Source: Candidatus Entotheonellaceae bacterium (GTDB lineage Bacteria; Tectomicrobia; Entotheonellia; Entotheonellales; Entotheonellaceae). From it: DNA of 64,000 nucleotides. A model generated the notes under the pieces. It had not been told where the DNA came from and searched no databases. It saw only the letters and a program-made list of their open reading frames with translations. The first letter of the stretch is position 1; each line of letters begins with the position of its first letter. Of this stretch, positions 22,838 through 32,611 are shown piece by piece. The stretch spans positions 1,280,001 through 1,344,000 of the forward strand of contig OZ250173.1 of assembly GCA_965238075.1 (NCBI GenBank). The letters are read 5' to 3'. The position numbers and the translations under genes were made by a program.

Positions 22838-23001
22838 GATCCCCCCTCCCCTCTGTGAATTGTGAGCGCCAACCCGCCCCGGTGGAGTCTCGCCTGCATG
22901 CCTTGCCCTGTGCGAAGGAGGGGAACACACACGGAAAGACCCGCTGCGAGGGCCGGGGCGCGGCCGGCGCTCAGTGGCCTACCTGGTTGAGAAGGCGGCC
23001 A

Positions 23002-24345
23002 TTACGCTGCCGTGCTCAGAGCTTCCTCGCGCTGCGCCAGGGCCTCGGCGAAGGCGGCTTTCTCCTCTGCCTCCACCGCGGGCGAGAAGCGCACGCACAG
23101 CGCCAGGCTCGACGACACCGCCACGGCGATGCCGAGAATCAGCAGAGCGTCCTGGGTGGCCATGGATTCGACCCGGAACAGGAAGCCGGCCGCTACCGCC
23201 CCGGCGTTGCCGCCGGCGCCGACGATACCGGCCACCGGGCCGACCGCTTTCTTATTGATGAACGGCACGATGCCGTAGGTGGCGCCCTCGGACATCTGCA
23301 CGAAGAGGCTGAAGACGATCATGGCGCCGACCGCGATGCCCAACGCCGGCATGCGTGAGAAGACCACCAGCGCCACGCCTTCGAGCAGCAGCACGCAGCC
23401 CAGGAGCCACACCCGGCCGCGCAGCCCGCCGCGGCGCGCGAAGATGTCCGAAAAGATGCCTCCCAGGGTGCACGCGAAGATGTTCATCAGGCCGAACAAC
23501 CCGGCGATGAGACCGGCGGTGCCGACGCTGAGTTCGAAGCGGTCGTGGAAATACAGCGCCGCCACGTTGTTGATGGTCAGCTCGATGCCGAAGCACGCCG
23601 CGTAGATGACGAACAGCGCCCATACCCGGTAATCCTTGGCCGCTGCCAGGAACGAGCCGTATGATTTGTCACTGCGCGGCGCCATGCGGCCCGCGGCGCG
23701 CAGGTCGCGGTAGTTGCCGTCCGGGGCGTCCTGGGTGAACAGGAGGTAGGCGATGCCGGTGACGAACAGGACGGCGCCGGGGATGATCATGGCCAGCCGC
23801 CAGCTCACGAACTTGCCGACGCCCAGCATCAGGAACGCCGAGAACATCAGCGGCATGACCATCTGCGTGACGCCGCCGCCAAGGTTGCCCCACCCTGCGG
23901 TGGTGGCGTTGGCGGTACCCACGCAGTTGGGGGCGAACATCATCGAGGTGTGGTACTGCGTAATGACGAATGACGCGCCGATGGCGCCGATGGCTAGCCG
24001 GAACAGCAGGAACGATTCGTAGCTCTGCGCCAGGCCGATGCCCATGACCGGCAGCGAGCCGAGGATCAGCAGCCACGTGTAGGTGAGCCGCGAGCCGAAT
24101 TTGTCGCACAGCGGCCCGATCAGGAGCCGCACCAGCACGGTGATGGCTACCGAGGCGATGATGGTGTTGCCAATCTGCGCCTTGGTGAGCATCAGGTCCT
24201 CACGCACGATGGCCATCAGCGGCGCGATGCCGAACCAGCCGAAGAAACACAGGAAAAAGGCGAACCACGTCATGTGGAAGGCCCGCATCGGCGGCGTCTT
24301 GAGGCTGAACAGATGGATCCGGGTTGCCTTGTTCAGGATTTCCAC
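23002..24345 (-). CDS. narK: NarK/NasA-family nitrate/nitrite MFS transporter
   Basis: GTANATTAGWGNLGGG, GIVGAGGNAG; GTG start after GGAGGGG. Confidence 0.93.
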   Translation of the reverse strand: MEILNKATRIHLFSLKTPPMRAFHMTWFAFFLCFFGWFGIAPLMAIVREDLMLTKAQIGNTIIASVAITVLVRLLIGPLCDKFGSRLTYTWLLILGSLPVMGIGLAQSYESFLLFRLAIGAIGASFVITQYHTSMMFAPNCVGTANATTAGWGNLGGGVTQMVMPLMFSAFLMLGVGKFVSWRLAMIIPGAVLFVTGIAYLLFTQDAPDGNYRDLRAAGRMAPRSDKSYGSFLAAAKDYRVWALFVIYAACFGIELTINNVAALYFHDRFELSVGTAGLIAGLFGLMNIFACTLGGIFSDIFARRGGLRGRVWLLGCVLLLEGVALVVFSRMPALGIAVGAMIVFSLFVQMSEGATYGIVPFINKKAVGPVAGIVGAGGNAGAVAAGFLFRVESMATQDALLILGIAVAVSSSLALCVRFSPAVEAEEKAAFAEALAQREEALSTAA

Positions 24346-24434
24346 GGTGTCCCCTCCCTGGTCGCGTCCTTCTGGGTAGCATGTTGGCTGAGGCCGCCGG
24401 ATGCGGCGCCTTCGTCGGACGCGCTGGGAAAGAG

Positions 24435-24450
24435 GCAAGAGGCGTGCCAA
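24435..24450 (-). promoter_or_regulatory. Sigma54 (-24/-12) promoter of the nitrate operon
   Basis: TTGGCACG-CCTC-TTGC on minus strand, ~90 bp upstream of the narK start. Confidence 0.8.
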
Positions 24451-24883
24451 GCGGGGTATGGCACGACTTTCGGTTCCGTACGGAATGTATAACTCATTTA
24501 GATATAATATCTTGTGTCGATATTAGGAGACGATCCAGGATTATGGTGAGGAGCCGTGTATCCGACGATAGTGGCGGTAATTCATCACAAAACAACAATT
24601 TCGTCGCTTTTTCGGCGATGCGACGTCCGCTCGGTTTAAAGCCTGCCGCCTATGCCTGGAAGACTCGGATTCGCCCACATGCCGGGGCGGGTTTCGTGGC
24701 GCAAACCAGTTCCTGTCAGCGGGCAAATCCGACAATTTCGTCTGATGACGAGGATTAAACGACATCGTTGTCGGTCGGCAAAAACTTCCTTGCCGATACC
24801 GCCTTTATGTTTCGAAACCGCTCTGCTACTGTACGGGAAGGTGATCGTGTGGTTACAGGAGGGGAGCTAGCGAGGATCTGTAC

Positions 24884-25435
24884 ATGGACAAAAAGATGAC
24901 GGTTGGCGTTCAAAAAAGATGGATAGGTTACTTGGGATTCGCTTTGTTGTTGGGACCTGTTCTGGCAAGTTTTGCCCAGGACGTGGAGAGGATGAAAGCG
25001 TCGAGGGTGGTTGTGACCCGAGAAAGTCTCCACAGTTTCAGCACGGGCAGCGGCTGTAAGAGCGTCCCGTACACCGGCCTTCAAGACGGCAAGTTTTTCA
25101 TGGTTGCTGAAGCCTTTGTACGCATGGAACTCTGGACGGTAGAGGGCTTGAGGATGCCCCTCAAGGAAAGAAAGCGTCTCATCGATTCTCAAATCTATTT
25201 TCTGCAGGGCAACGCCTATGCAGATTGGTCCCCCAAAGCGCAGCCCGAAGGCGTCTGTCCTGAATTGCAAGAACGTCTGAAAGCATTTCCCAAAGAGCTG
25301 GAAGGCATGCTGGGCCTGGTTCACAACAGCCCCGCCCAGCTCGATCCCCCCTGCGAGCCGGCCATTACATTGATGGTGAATGGGAACAGGGTCGTCCAAT
25401 CGTATGAGTTTGTAACGGACTGCGGCCTTCGCTGA
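24884..25435 (+). CDS. Hypothetical exported protein
   Basis: Signal-peptide-like N-terminus (ASFA-Q); four Cys; no family recognised. Confidence 0.6.
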   Translation: MDKKMTVGVQKRWIGYLGFALLLGPVLASFAQDVERMKASRVVVTRESLHSFSTGSGCKSVPYTGLQDGKFFMVAEAFVRMELWTVEGLRMPLKERKRLIDSQIYFLQGNAYADWSPKAQPEGVCPELQERLKAFPKELEGMLGLVHNSPAQLDPPCEPAITLMVNGNRVVQSYEFVTDCGLR

Positions 25436-25473
25436 GACTCTGGCGATATCCTGCAACATTCTCCGGTCAATCT

Positions 25474-25503
25474 GTAGGTCGGATTAGCGGAGCGTAATCC
25501 GAC
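25474..25503. repeat. GTAG-type REP hairpin
   Basis: GTAGGTCGGATTAGCGGAGCGTAATCCGAC. Confidence 0.75.
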
Positions 25504-25576
25504 ACTCCATCGCGCCGCTCCCGCTGCCGGTATACGTCTGCGGTCAATCCGACCGGCGCGAAGCCGCCATCCCGTT

Positions 25577-27229
25577 TTATTCAACAACGGCCAACAGTTC
25601 CGGGTACGTGTAGAAGTTGTGGATGGTGTACTCGCCAAACTTCGGATCGAAGGGCGTGCTGACGCGCGCCGGGTGGCGGATGCTGCGGCTGGGGATATCA
25701 ACGATGGGCAGGCACACCGCATCGCGCATGATGCGGCGCTGTGCCTCGTGGTAGAGGGCGGCCCGTTTTTCGGGGTTCCGGGTGCGGCGCCCTTCTTCCA
25801 GCAGGTCGTCGATGCCGCGGTAGTGGGCGAAATTGGTACCCTTGTTGCCGGTGGCCGGGTCGGGGGCTTCGCCGGAGTGAAAGAACAGGCCGAGCATCAC
25901 GTCGCCGTCGGTGAGGCGGGTGCCGCCGTACAACACGAACGGATTGAGATTGTTGCGGATGTTCTGGTGATAGGTGACATGCTCGACCAGCTGCAGCTGC
26001 ACGTCCACCCCGACCCGTTTGAGTTGTTCCTGCACCATGACCATGATCTTCGGGTAGCCGTAGGACTTGGTAATGAAGTAATCGTGGATGGTGAGGCCGT
26101 CCGGGTATCCTGCCTCGGCTAGCAATTGGCGCGCCAGTTCGGGATCGTAGGGCGGTATTTCCATCGGCAGGTGCCCGAAATACCCCGGCGGCAGCGGGCT
26201 GGAAGCTACCGTGCCGAGGCCGTCCGACCACAGCGTATCGACAATGGCCTGGCGGTCGATGGCGTGCATAAACGCCCTGCGAACCCGGATGTCGTCAAAA
26301 GGCGGCTTGATGGTGTTGAAGTAAAACCGGTACTGCCCGCCTGGGCCGCGCTCGTCCAGCACGGCGCCCATGGCTGCCACCTGTTCCTTCAGGTCCGCCG
26401 TGACGACGTTCGGCAGTGCAATGTCGAAGGTGCCTTTTTCCAGGCCGAGCAATTTGGTGGCGTCCTCGGGAACGTCGAACCAGTGGATCTCGTCCACCGC
26501 CGGGCGGCCGCCGTGGTAATGCTCGAACGCCCTGAAAATGATCTTCTCGCGCGGCAAGCGGCGGTGAAAGTAGAACGGTCCGGTGCCGACCGGATTCCAG
26601 CCGAACTCGCCGCCGAACGCCAGCACCGCCTTCTTGCTGACGATGTAGCCCTGTTGGTAACCAACCATGCGCATGGGGAAGACGGGGTCGTATTGCTTGA
26701 GGGTGATGCGCAGGGTATGGGGACCGAGAACCGTGATGTCCTGGATCACGTCGAGGTTCTTGGCGAAGCGCATGCCGCGTTCGCGCCGCATCTGGCGCTC
26801 AAAGCTGTACTTGACGTCCTCGGCGGTCAACTCGCCGTAGCCCTTGTGGAACTGCACCCCCTGCCGCAGCTTGAAGGTCCACACGGTGCCGTCGTCCGAC
26901 ACCGTCCAGCTCTCCGCCAAGTCCGGCTCGACTTCCGTGGTGGTCACCCGCTGCTTCACGATCTCCGTGCCGTCCGGCGCCGTTTCCTTGACCGTCTTGA
27001 TGGCAAAGCGGGTCAGGCCGCGATACAGAATTCGCAAGCTGGCCTGCGTCTGCCCGAGAATCGCAACGTGGGGGTCGAGGGTTTCCTGTTCTTCATAGGC
27101 GATCTTGACGATCTTCTTGCGAGCAGCGTCAGCGGCAGCGAAGAGTCCCAGCAGGATGCAACCCTGCATCGCCAGCACTGCCAATAGCCGGCCTAATCCC
27201 TGTATCCGCTCCCCTGCATGGGTCGTCAC
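25577..27229 (-). CDS. ABC transporter substrate-binding protein, family 5 (peptide/nickel)
   Basis: EPDLAESW, FKLRQGVQFH, PVGTGPF, VRRAFMHAIDR. Confidence 0.93.
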   Translation of the reverse strand: MTTHAGERIQGLGRLLAVLAMQGCILLGLFAAADAARKKIVKIAYEEQETLDPHVAILGQTQASLRILYRGLTRFAIKTVKETAPDGTEIVKQRVTTTEVEPDLAESWTVSDDGTVWTFKLRQGVQFHKGYGELTAEDVKYSFERQMRRERGMRFAKNLDVIQDITVLGPHTLRITLKQYDPVFPMRMVGYQQGYIVSKKAVLAFGGEFGWNPVGTGPFYFHRRLPREKIIFRAFEHYHGGRPAVDEIHWFDVPEDATKLLGLEKGTFDIALPNVVTADLKEQVAAMGAVLDERGPGGQYRFYFNTIKPPFDDIRVRRAFMHAIDRQAIVDTLWSDGLGTVASSPLPPGYFGHLPMEIPPYDPELARQLLAEAGYPDGLTIHDYFITKSYGYPKIMVMVQEQLKRVGVDVQLQLVEHVTYHQNIRNNLNPFVLYGGTRLTDGDVMLGLFFHSGEAPDPATGNKGTNFAHYRGIDDLLEEGRRTRNPEKRAALYHEAQRRIMRDAVCLPIVDIPSRSIRHPARVSTPFDPKFGEYTIHNFYTYPELLAVVE

Positions 27230-27464
27230 GGTGTCTTGGGCTCCTCTGGTTCGGCAGCTTGCGCTGAATGTTGACGAGGCTGCAATGGTACAACAGGCGG
27301 CCCAGCAACACCGTCTCCATACCTTCGTGTGCTGCTTGTGGAGCGGTCAAAACACACTTGACACCACCACTGCGGCGGGCGTATCCCTTCTGTACGGAAG
27401 GGCCTGATGCCCCTTCGTGCCATGTCCCAAACCAGTCTCTGCAACAGCAAGAAGGAGATGCGCT

Positions 27465-28472
27465 ATGAGACGGATGGTTACAATGCTCGGGATTATCGGA
27501 GTGGTGATCGCGCTCGTTCTGGCGCCTGGAGGAGCTTGGGCGCAGTACAGCGAGACGATGGCGGCGGAAAGTCCGTGGGGTCCCGAAGACGAAATCGGCA
27601 CCCTGAACATGATGACCGACACCTCCAGGCTCGACGTCATCAAGCAGGTCATGAGCGGCAAGGTTTACGACCTCGGCGTCGAGCTGTACTCGGGAATGCC
27701 GAGCTGTTGCAGCGCCTTCGGCGACCCCCAGTACCATCTCTGGATGACCCATACGCCGCGCGGCACCATTGCCGCCAATCCGTTCGGCGTGTCGCGCGAG
27801 GTCAATGAACGGGTGAGCTACTCAGGGGATGGGGTCACCATGTATACGCATTCGGGTACCCATCTGGACACCCTCAATCACTTCGGCCTGCACGGCAAGA
27901 TCTGGAACCAGTTCAGCGCCGACGAGCATCTCGGCGACCAGGGGTGGTCCAAGGCCGGTGCGGACAAATATCCTCCGATCGTGGCCAGAGGGGTGCTCAT
28001 CGACCTGGCGAAGTCCATGGGCGTGCAGCACTTGCCGGCGTCCTACGGCATCACCGCGGCGGATTTGCAGAAGGCGCTGCGGGAACAGGGAACGCAGCTA
28101 CAACCGGGCGACGTTGTCCTGTTCCGCACCGGGCTCATGACCTTGTGGCCCGATTCCTCCAAGTACCAGTTGGGGAACCAGGCCGGCCTGAGCCTGGAAG
28201 CGGCGAAGTGGCTGGTGGAAGACAACCAGGCCATGCTCCTCGGGGGGGACAATTTCGGCATCGAGGCCTTCCCCTCTACCGATCCGGGCAACTATGTGCC
28301 GGTGCACACCTATCTGTTCGCCGAGCGCGGCGTGTCGGTCATCGAGGTGATGTGGCTGGAGGACCTGGCGCGGGATCAGGTGTATGAATTCCTGTTCATC
28401 GCCACGCCCCTCAAGCTGCGGGGCGCGACCGGATCGCCGATCCGGCCGATGGCGATTCCTGCACAGCGGTAA
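27465..28472 (+). CDS. Exported cyclase-family metal hydrolase (kynurenine formamidase-like)
   Basis: Signal peptide; WGPEDEIGTLN, HSGTHLD, PLKLRGATGSP. Confidence 0.9.
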   Translation: MRRMVTMLGIIGVVIALVLAPGGAWAQYSETMAAESPWGPEDEIGTLNMMTDTSRLDVIKQVMSGKVYDLGVELYSGMPSCCSAFGDPQYHLWMTHTPRGTIAANPFGVSREVNERVSYSGDGVTMYTHSGTHLDTLNHFGLHGKIWNQFSADEHLGDQGWSKAGADKYPPIVARGVLIDLAKSMGVQHLPASYGITAADLQKALREQGTQLQPGDVVLFRTGLMTLWPDSSKYQLGNQAGLSLEAAKWLVEDNQAMLLGGDNFGIEAFPSTDPGNYVPVHTYLFAERGVSVIEVMWLEDLARDQVYEFLFIATPLKLRGATGSPIRPMAIPAQR

Positions 28473-28859
28473 GAGGCGTTGTAACGCCTGCAGGGTCGGC
28501 CTACGGTATTGAATTGCAAGCTACCTTCGGTCGGCCCTGCAAGAACTGGTGGCCCTGATCGGCACTCGTCTCGAATAGGCCCCACAAGCCCGCGTTTCCC
28601 CCCACAACCAAAAACAAAGCGGCGTCGAGCGTCTTGTTGGTTATCGCGCGAGCAGCCCTCACCCCTGCATTCGACTCATCGAAGGTCTCCGGCTGATGTT
28701 CTCAGCCGCCATTTCCCACAACTGCAGAGTCGCAACCTCCAACTCCCACGACCTGATGCAGACGATCCCCACAACGCCGACGATGCCTCCCGCCCTGCTT
28801 GCAAATATGCTTGCATCTTGCTAGCGTCGAAAATATCTGAACCATCAAGGAGGAATGCT

Positions 28860-29096
28860 ATGGGCAATTTAACCATCCGCAACGTCGACGATCACGTCAT
28901 CCAGCAATTGAAGGAACAGGCAAAGGCGAACCAGCGGTCCCTTGAGGGAGAAATCCGTCACCTGCTGACCCAGCAGGTGAACCGCCTTGGCCGTGTCGCG
29001 GGCTTCCGAGAGCGGACGCGGCATCTCGTCTCCCTGACGAGTGGCACGGTCCAGACCGACAGCATCGAGTTGCTGCGCGAGGATCGTAACCGGTGA
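28860..29096 (+). CDS. FitA/VapB-like ribbon-helix-helix antitoxin
   Basis: MGNLTIRNVDD...RSLEGEIR...LLREDR; AGGAGG RBS; 4-nt overlap with PIN gene. Confidence 0.88.
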   Translation: MGNLTIRNVDDHVIQQLKEQAKANQRSLEGEIRHLLTQQVNRLGRVAGFRERTRHLVSLTSGTVQTDSIELLREDRNR

Positions 29097-29938
29097 AGCT
29101 GACTGTCGATGCCAGCATCGCCGTCAAGTGGTTCGTGGCCGAGCCCCTGTGTGATGAAGCGCGTGCGGTGCTGGCCCGCCGCATCCAGCGGTATGCGCCC
29201 GACCTCTTGCTTGCCGAATGCGCCAATACGATCTGGAAAAAGGCGCAACGAGGGGAAATCCCGGACGCTCAACCGTACCGCGAAGAACTTGCCAGTCTCC
29301 CCGACATACTTACGCTCTATCCCGATCGTGGTCTCATCGGACGCGCCACGGAGATTGCCTTCGAGATCGGGCATCCGATTTACGATTGTCTTTACCTTGC
29401 ATGCGCCGAAGCAACGGCCTCTGTCTTGATCACCGCCGACAAACGCTTGGTGGACAAAGTTGTCGACCGATATCCGAAAGCCCGTGTACGCCACATCGGC
29501 GCCCCCGGCATCGCGGGATGGGTCGAAACGGTGGGCACCGCCCCTGTCGTCAAGCAAGACAGGGTCGAAGCCTTGATCGCCGCCTACGAGGTCTTTGCGA
29601 AAACAGAGTTAGCAGTCGTTGAGTCTCTTCCCGGGACAGCAGAGATACCTGCCACGACGTTCGACGAGAAATTGGAGCTACTCCTGGATACGCCCGCTTG
29701 GCGGCGTCTTGCCAACCTGATCAGGAAGTTGAACGACGAGGAAACGATCGATCTGCTCGCATGTGGCTGGTTCGGCGCCGCTCTGTATCCGACTTGGCGG
29801 CAAAGCTTCGAGCATGCCGAAAGGATGTTTGCGGCCCTGGATTCCAGCGACGCGGCCCACTACGGCCGTCATTGGCGGTCCGGGTACGCCCGCGTCATAG
29901 CCGAGGCGGGAGCAGCCCAATTGGAAACAGGGGCATGA
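29093..29938 (+). CDS. vapC: VapC/PIN toxin with long C-terminal extension
   Basis: VDASIAVKW, E..N, IYDCLYLA, ITADKRL; ~140 extra residues. Confidence 0.88.
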   Translation: MKLTVDASIAVKWFVAEPLCDEARAVLARRIQRYAPDLLLAECANTIWKKAQRGEIPDAQPYREELASLPDILTLYPDRGLIGRATEIAFEIGHPIYDCLYLACAEATASVLITADKRLVDKVVDRYPKARVRHIGAPGIAGWVETVGTAPVVKQDRVEALIAAYEVFAKTELAVVESLPGTAEIPATTFDEKLELLLDTPAWRRLANLIRKLNDEETIDLLACGWFGAALYPTWRQSFEHAERMFAALDSSDAAHYGRHWRSGYARVIAEAGAAQLETGA

Positions 29939-30077
29939 TTGGTATGAATTGAATCAACAAGTTGGTGTTGCCCCAAAGGGCAAGTTCACCGGAACAAGAA
30001 CAATCATTCTCGCCGGACCAATCTGTGGGAACCGGTCTCCACGCTATCAGAGAAGGGCCTAGGGCGATGTCTAGACA

Positions 30078-30146
30078 CAGGATATCTGCCGCAATTTGAT
30101 CAGGATATCTGGCGGAACTGGTGAGATGGACCAAGATATGTGGCGG
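30078..30146 (+). repeat. Three direct copies of CAGGATATCTGGCGG-like motif
   Basis: 30078-30092, 30101-30115, 30132-30146; same motif at 43247-43261. Confidence 0.75.
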
Positions 30147-30364
30147 CGTATGTATTGAAGATTCGAGGAGCCAAAGTTGCCTATGGAGTCATGTCAACTT
30201 GTAATAACACAATGTTTGTGCTTCCTGACGCAAGGGCAGCAATCATTTCAACGAATTTTCTATTCAGAAGGCAGAAGTTAACAGAATGCCGCTTATCCGA
30301 AGTTGGTTATGAAGCGTGCTGCCAACGAAGGAATCTGGCGTGTGGGGAACCCAGACGCTGTCCA

Positions 30365-31528
30365 CTACATCAACCCGAAGCTGAGGAACCCGTCTGGGGG
30401 GAACAAGTCGTAGACGCGCCTGCCGACGAGGTCCTTCAACGTCTCGGTCGCACCACCGCCGAGCGTGCCGTAGCGCGCGCCGCGGTAGAAGTGAGAGACC
30501 GGGAATTCATCAGTGAAGCCATAGCCGCCGTGGACCTGCAGCGCGTCGCTGGTGACTTTGATGGCCATCTCGTTGACCTGCATCTTGGCGATCGCCGCAA
30601 GATAGGGATCCGGGAAGGGATCGGCCGAGGCGGCGGCGCGGTAGAGGATCGAGCGGCTCACCTCGATCTCGCGCGCCATGTCGGCGATGTGCCAGCGCAT
30701 CCCCTGCATCGTGCCGGTCGGCCGCCCCTTGATCGTGCGGTGACGCACGTATTTCACCGCTTCCTCGAAGGCCCCTTCGGCGAGACCAAGCGACACCGAG
30801 GGATTCATGCAGCGCTGGGTGTTGAAAGCGGTCAGCAGCTTTTTCATCCCGTCGCGCTCGATGATAAGGTTGTCGCGCGGAAGCTCCATGTCGCGGAACT
30901 GAATCTCGGCCAAGTTCTCGCCGCCCATGGTGTGATACCGCGCCGTCACCTCGAAGCCCGGCGTCGACGGGTCGACCAGAACGCAGCCGATGCCTTCGGC
31001 TCCAGGGACGTTGTCGACGCGGGTGAACACGATAAAGCAGTGCGCCTCGTCGGCGCGGGAGATCAGGGTCTTGGTGCCGTTCAGCACCACCGTGTCGCCC
31101 TTGATCACCGTGTTGGTCTTGTAATTGGAGACATCGGTACCAGCATGCGGCTCGGTCATGCAGATCGCCAAAATCACCTTGTTGGTGATGACGCCTGGCA
31201 GAAATTTCTCTTGGACATGCTTCGGGGCGTAATTGGCGATGATCCGGTTCTGCGCGCCCATCGCACTCATCGCCGCCATCGCGGTAACGTAGCAGACCTT
31301 GGCCACTTCCTCGAGCACCAGTACGCAGTCAAGCACCGGCAGGCCCATGCCGCCGAATTCCTCGGGCACGGCCATGCCCAGAACGCCGATCTCGGCCAGA
31401 TCGTCCAGGTTCTCATAGGGGAAGGTGCCGTCCTGCCACTTCTTGACGCGAACCTTGAATTTCTCCTGCGCCAGCTGCCGGACAGTGTCGACCATGGCGC
31501 GCTGGTCGTCGGTTAGTTCAAGCTTCAT
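30365..31528 (-). CDS. Acyl-CoA dehydrogenase
   Basis: MTEPHAGTD, LNGTKTLIS, QVHGGYGF. Confidence 0.95.
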   Translation of the reverse strand: MKLELTDDQRAMVDTVRQLAQEKFKVRVKKWQDGTFPYENLDDLAEIGVLGMAVPEEFGGMGLPVLDCVLVLEEVAKVCYVTAMAAMSAMGAQNRIIANYAPKHVQEKFLPGVITNKVILAICMTEPHAGTDVSNYKTNTVIKGDTVVLNGTKTLISRADEAHCFIVFTRVDNVPGAEGIGCVLVDPSTPGFEVTARYHTMGGENLAEIQFRDMELPRDNLIIERDGMKKLLTAFNTQRCMNPSVSLGLAEGAFEEAVKYVRHRTIKGRPTGTMQGMRWHIADMAREIEVSRSILYRAAASADPFPDPYLAAIAKMQVNEMAIKVTSDALQVHGGYGFTDEFPVSHFYRGARYGTLGGGATETLKDLVGRRVYDLFPPDGFLSFGLM

Positions 31529-31546
31529 GTCTCTTCTTTCGTGCGT

Positions 31547-31780
31547 TCAGTCGAATACGGGTTGGCGGCGCTCCGCGAAGGCGGTGAGCCCCTCCTTGTA
31601 GTCGTCGGATTTCAGGATCTCGACGATATGGGCGCGCTCTATCTCAAGCACCTCGTCGAGCGTTTTCTCGATACCGCGGTAGACGGCATCCTTCAGCCGG
31701 GCCGCCGTGCGGCGGGACCGCATTGCAACGGTTTCCGCGAATTCCATCACGCGGTCCATGAACGCCTCTACCGGCACCAC
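31547..31780 (-). pseudogene. Enoyl-CoA hydratase C-terminal fragment
   Basis: SDDYKEGLTAFAERRQPVF; 5' part absent, abuts the toxin gene. Confidence 0.8.
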
Positions 31781-31789
31781 TGCCGCCGA

Positions 31790-32077
31790 TCAGGCAAGCC
31801 TTGAACGGTCACCACGCTGATCCCAGACACGCAGTACTTCGATTCGCTCATCAACGACTCGGTAGATGAAAGAGAACGGCGTGCGCGGGATCGAGAATTC
31901 TCGCACACCCTCCATCTCTTCGACTGGACGGCCCACCAGCGGATTATCACGGATAACGCCGCAGGTCCTGCCATACTGGTCGGCGGCGCGCTTCGCGCCA
32001 TCCGGGAAGATGTGAGCGTAGTAGGTGCGCATCCACAGCAAATCCGAACGTGTGGACGGCAGGAAGACAAGCTTCAT
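31790..32077 (-). CDS. RelE/ParE-family toxin
   Basis: NPLVGRP...TPFSFIYRV...IEVLRVWDQR. Confidence 0.88.
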   Translation of the reverse strand: MKLVFLPSTRSDLLWMRTYYAHIFPDGAKRAADQYGRTCGVIRDNPLVGRPVEEMEGVREFSIPRTPFSFIYRVVDERIEVLRVWDQRGDRSRLA

Positions 32078-32080
32078 CGG

Positions 32081-32365
32081 TCACTGCGAAGCGATTTGAA
32101 CATCGGGCTCGGGCGGCGGAAGTTCCGAGTCCTCGCCCCAGGAAGAAACCCAGGCGTCCATCGCCTCCTGCGAGATGAAGGCACCTTCGCCGGCTTCCGA
32201 GACAGCCGCGCGAATTGCGGCTCGTTTCTCGGCCCGGTCGCGCAGCATGGCCTCGATCGCCTTGACGGCAAGGTAGGATGCAGAACGCTCCTCGCGTCTC
32301 GCTTCCTGTTCAAGGTTCTTTTTGAGATTCGCGTCGATTCGCAAGCTCAATCGTTCTGTCGTCAT
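32081..32365 (-). CDS. CopG/RHH antitoxin
   Basis: LSLRID...ERSASYL...AMDAWVSSWG; directly upstream of toxin. Confidence 0.85.
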   Translation of the reverse strand: MTTERLSLRIDANLKKNLEQEARREERSASYLAVKAIEAMLRDRAEKRAAIRAAVSEAGEGAFISQEAMDAWVSSWGEDSELPPPEPDVQIASQ

Positions 32366-32474
32366 GCGGCAAATCCTCTGTATGGGTCGGCGGTTGTCGG
32401 ACATGGTATGACAGTTGAGCGGGTTTGTCGAATCCCGACCCGGGACAGGTGCCATCTCACGATCATCCCAACCT

Positions 32475-32603
32475 GGTGTCCGTAAGAGGCTCCTCTCTTG
32501 CAAATTTCATCGTACCATGCAAATGATACACATATCAGGGCCGTTGCCCGGCACTTCGATGCGGCAACACGATGGCACGTTGAACCCACCTCTTACGGAC
32601 ACC
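32475..32603. promoter_or_regulatory. Probable res site
   Basis: Perfect 15-bp inverted repeat GGTGTCCGTAAGAGG (32475-32489) / CCTCTTACGGACACC (32589-32603) between divergent TA and resolvase. Confidence 0.7.
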
Positions 32604-32611
32604 CCCAGCAG

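Noticed and set aside
28480-30100. Direct repeat of the tRNA-Pro 3' end (att site) at the island's left border
   Set aside because: No convincing copy of GGTCGGGGCGCCCGG found by eye
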